From Ascidiella aspersa (Eukaryota), in the NCBI GenBank assembly GCA_963924565.1, contig OZ004610.1, positions 25,420,001 through 25,484,000 on the forward strand: a stretch of 64,000 nt of DNA. Reading direction: 5' to 3'. Below are positions 63,636 through 64,000 of the stretch, in pieces; within the stretch, counting starts at the first letter, position 1, and each line of letters starts with the position of its first letter. Under the pieces are notes generated by a model that saw nothing but the letters and a program-made list of their open reading frames with translations, had not been told where the DNA came from and searched no databases. Position numbers and translations under genes: made by a program.

Positions 63636-63926
63636 GGCGTGTGGCCCGTCAGACTCAGATGAAACCTCGCTGCCGGCGCGTCTGGTCTACAATGCTTGAT
63701 GTGTGTTTGTGTTGGCCTTACGTTAGATCAACATCAAATTATTGTCGATCGATTAAACATGGCCGGCGCGAAATGCGTTCAACGTCGAAATTCCGACATT
63801 CGATACTTGTCATTGTCAATGCCAGGAATGTTGATAGCTGATCTATTTATCTTGTCTAAAGCCTTGCGCACTGGTGTTTTATGGAATACTGGACTTGCCT
63901 TGATTGCAATGAAGGGGACACGTTTT
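63636..63926 (+). ncRNA. Putative structured Pol III RNA, copy B (possibly truncated or non-functional)
   Basis: Gap-free paralog of 54088-54378 (offset 9548) with about a dozen substitutions; has an internal TTTT at 63877-63880 that copy A lacks. Confidence 0.42.
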
Positions 63927-64000
63927 AGTTTTGCTTATTTGAAGCAGTGTTCGAGCTCTGATTTGCGACTCAAAACTGGAGTCGGTTAGTTGCATTAGAG

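Larger units (their letters stand above)
55661..63986 (+). repeat. Segmental tandem duplication, copy B (expanded by later insertions)
   Basis: Collinear with 49658-54452, plus extra sequence at 56209-56880, ~57060-57155 and ~61221-63460. Confidence 0.93.

Overview
AT-rich eukaryotic genomic DNA from an invertebrate animal. An ascidian/tunicate is inferred from gene architecture, not proven. Five protein-coding genes lie on the minus strand: a 29-coding-exon RERE/Atrophin (1205-18798), a 5-exon EFHD1/2 (swiprosin), an intronless GRWD1, a 5-exon SSU72 and an intronless ADSL. GRWD1->EFHD (138 bp gap) and ADSL->SSU72 (274 bp gap) look like two-gene, trans-splicing-resolved operons, each led by a single-exon gene. 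SSU72 intron 2 has U12-type (minor spliceosome) signals. Introns and intergenic DNA carry many hAT-family MITEs with 8-bp TSDs, a decayed Gypsy pol split by three MITEs, a Harbinger derivative, a SINE, two palindromes with mirror-image hammerhead-ribozyme cores, and a decayed CGGBP-type hAT transposase. The last 14 kb is a tandem segmental duplication (copy A ~49658-54452, copy B ~55661-63986). Each copy ends in an unannotated ~290-nt structured RNA candidate with PSE-like, TATA and T4 signals (type-3 Pol III layout, loosely 7SK-like), which is the best candidate for something undescribed. All exon coordinates and alignments were derived by eye; family assignments rest on remembered motifs, not database searches.
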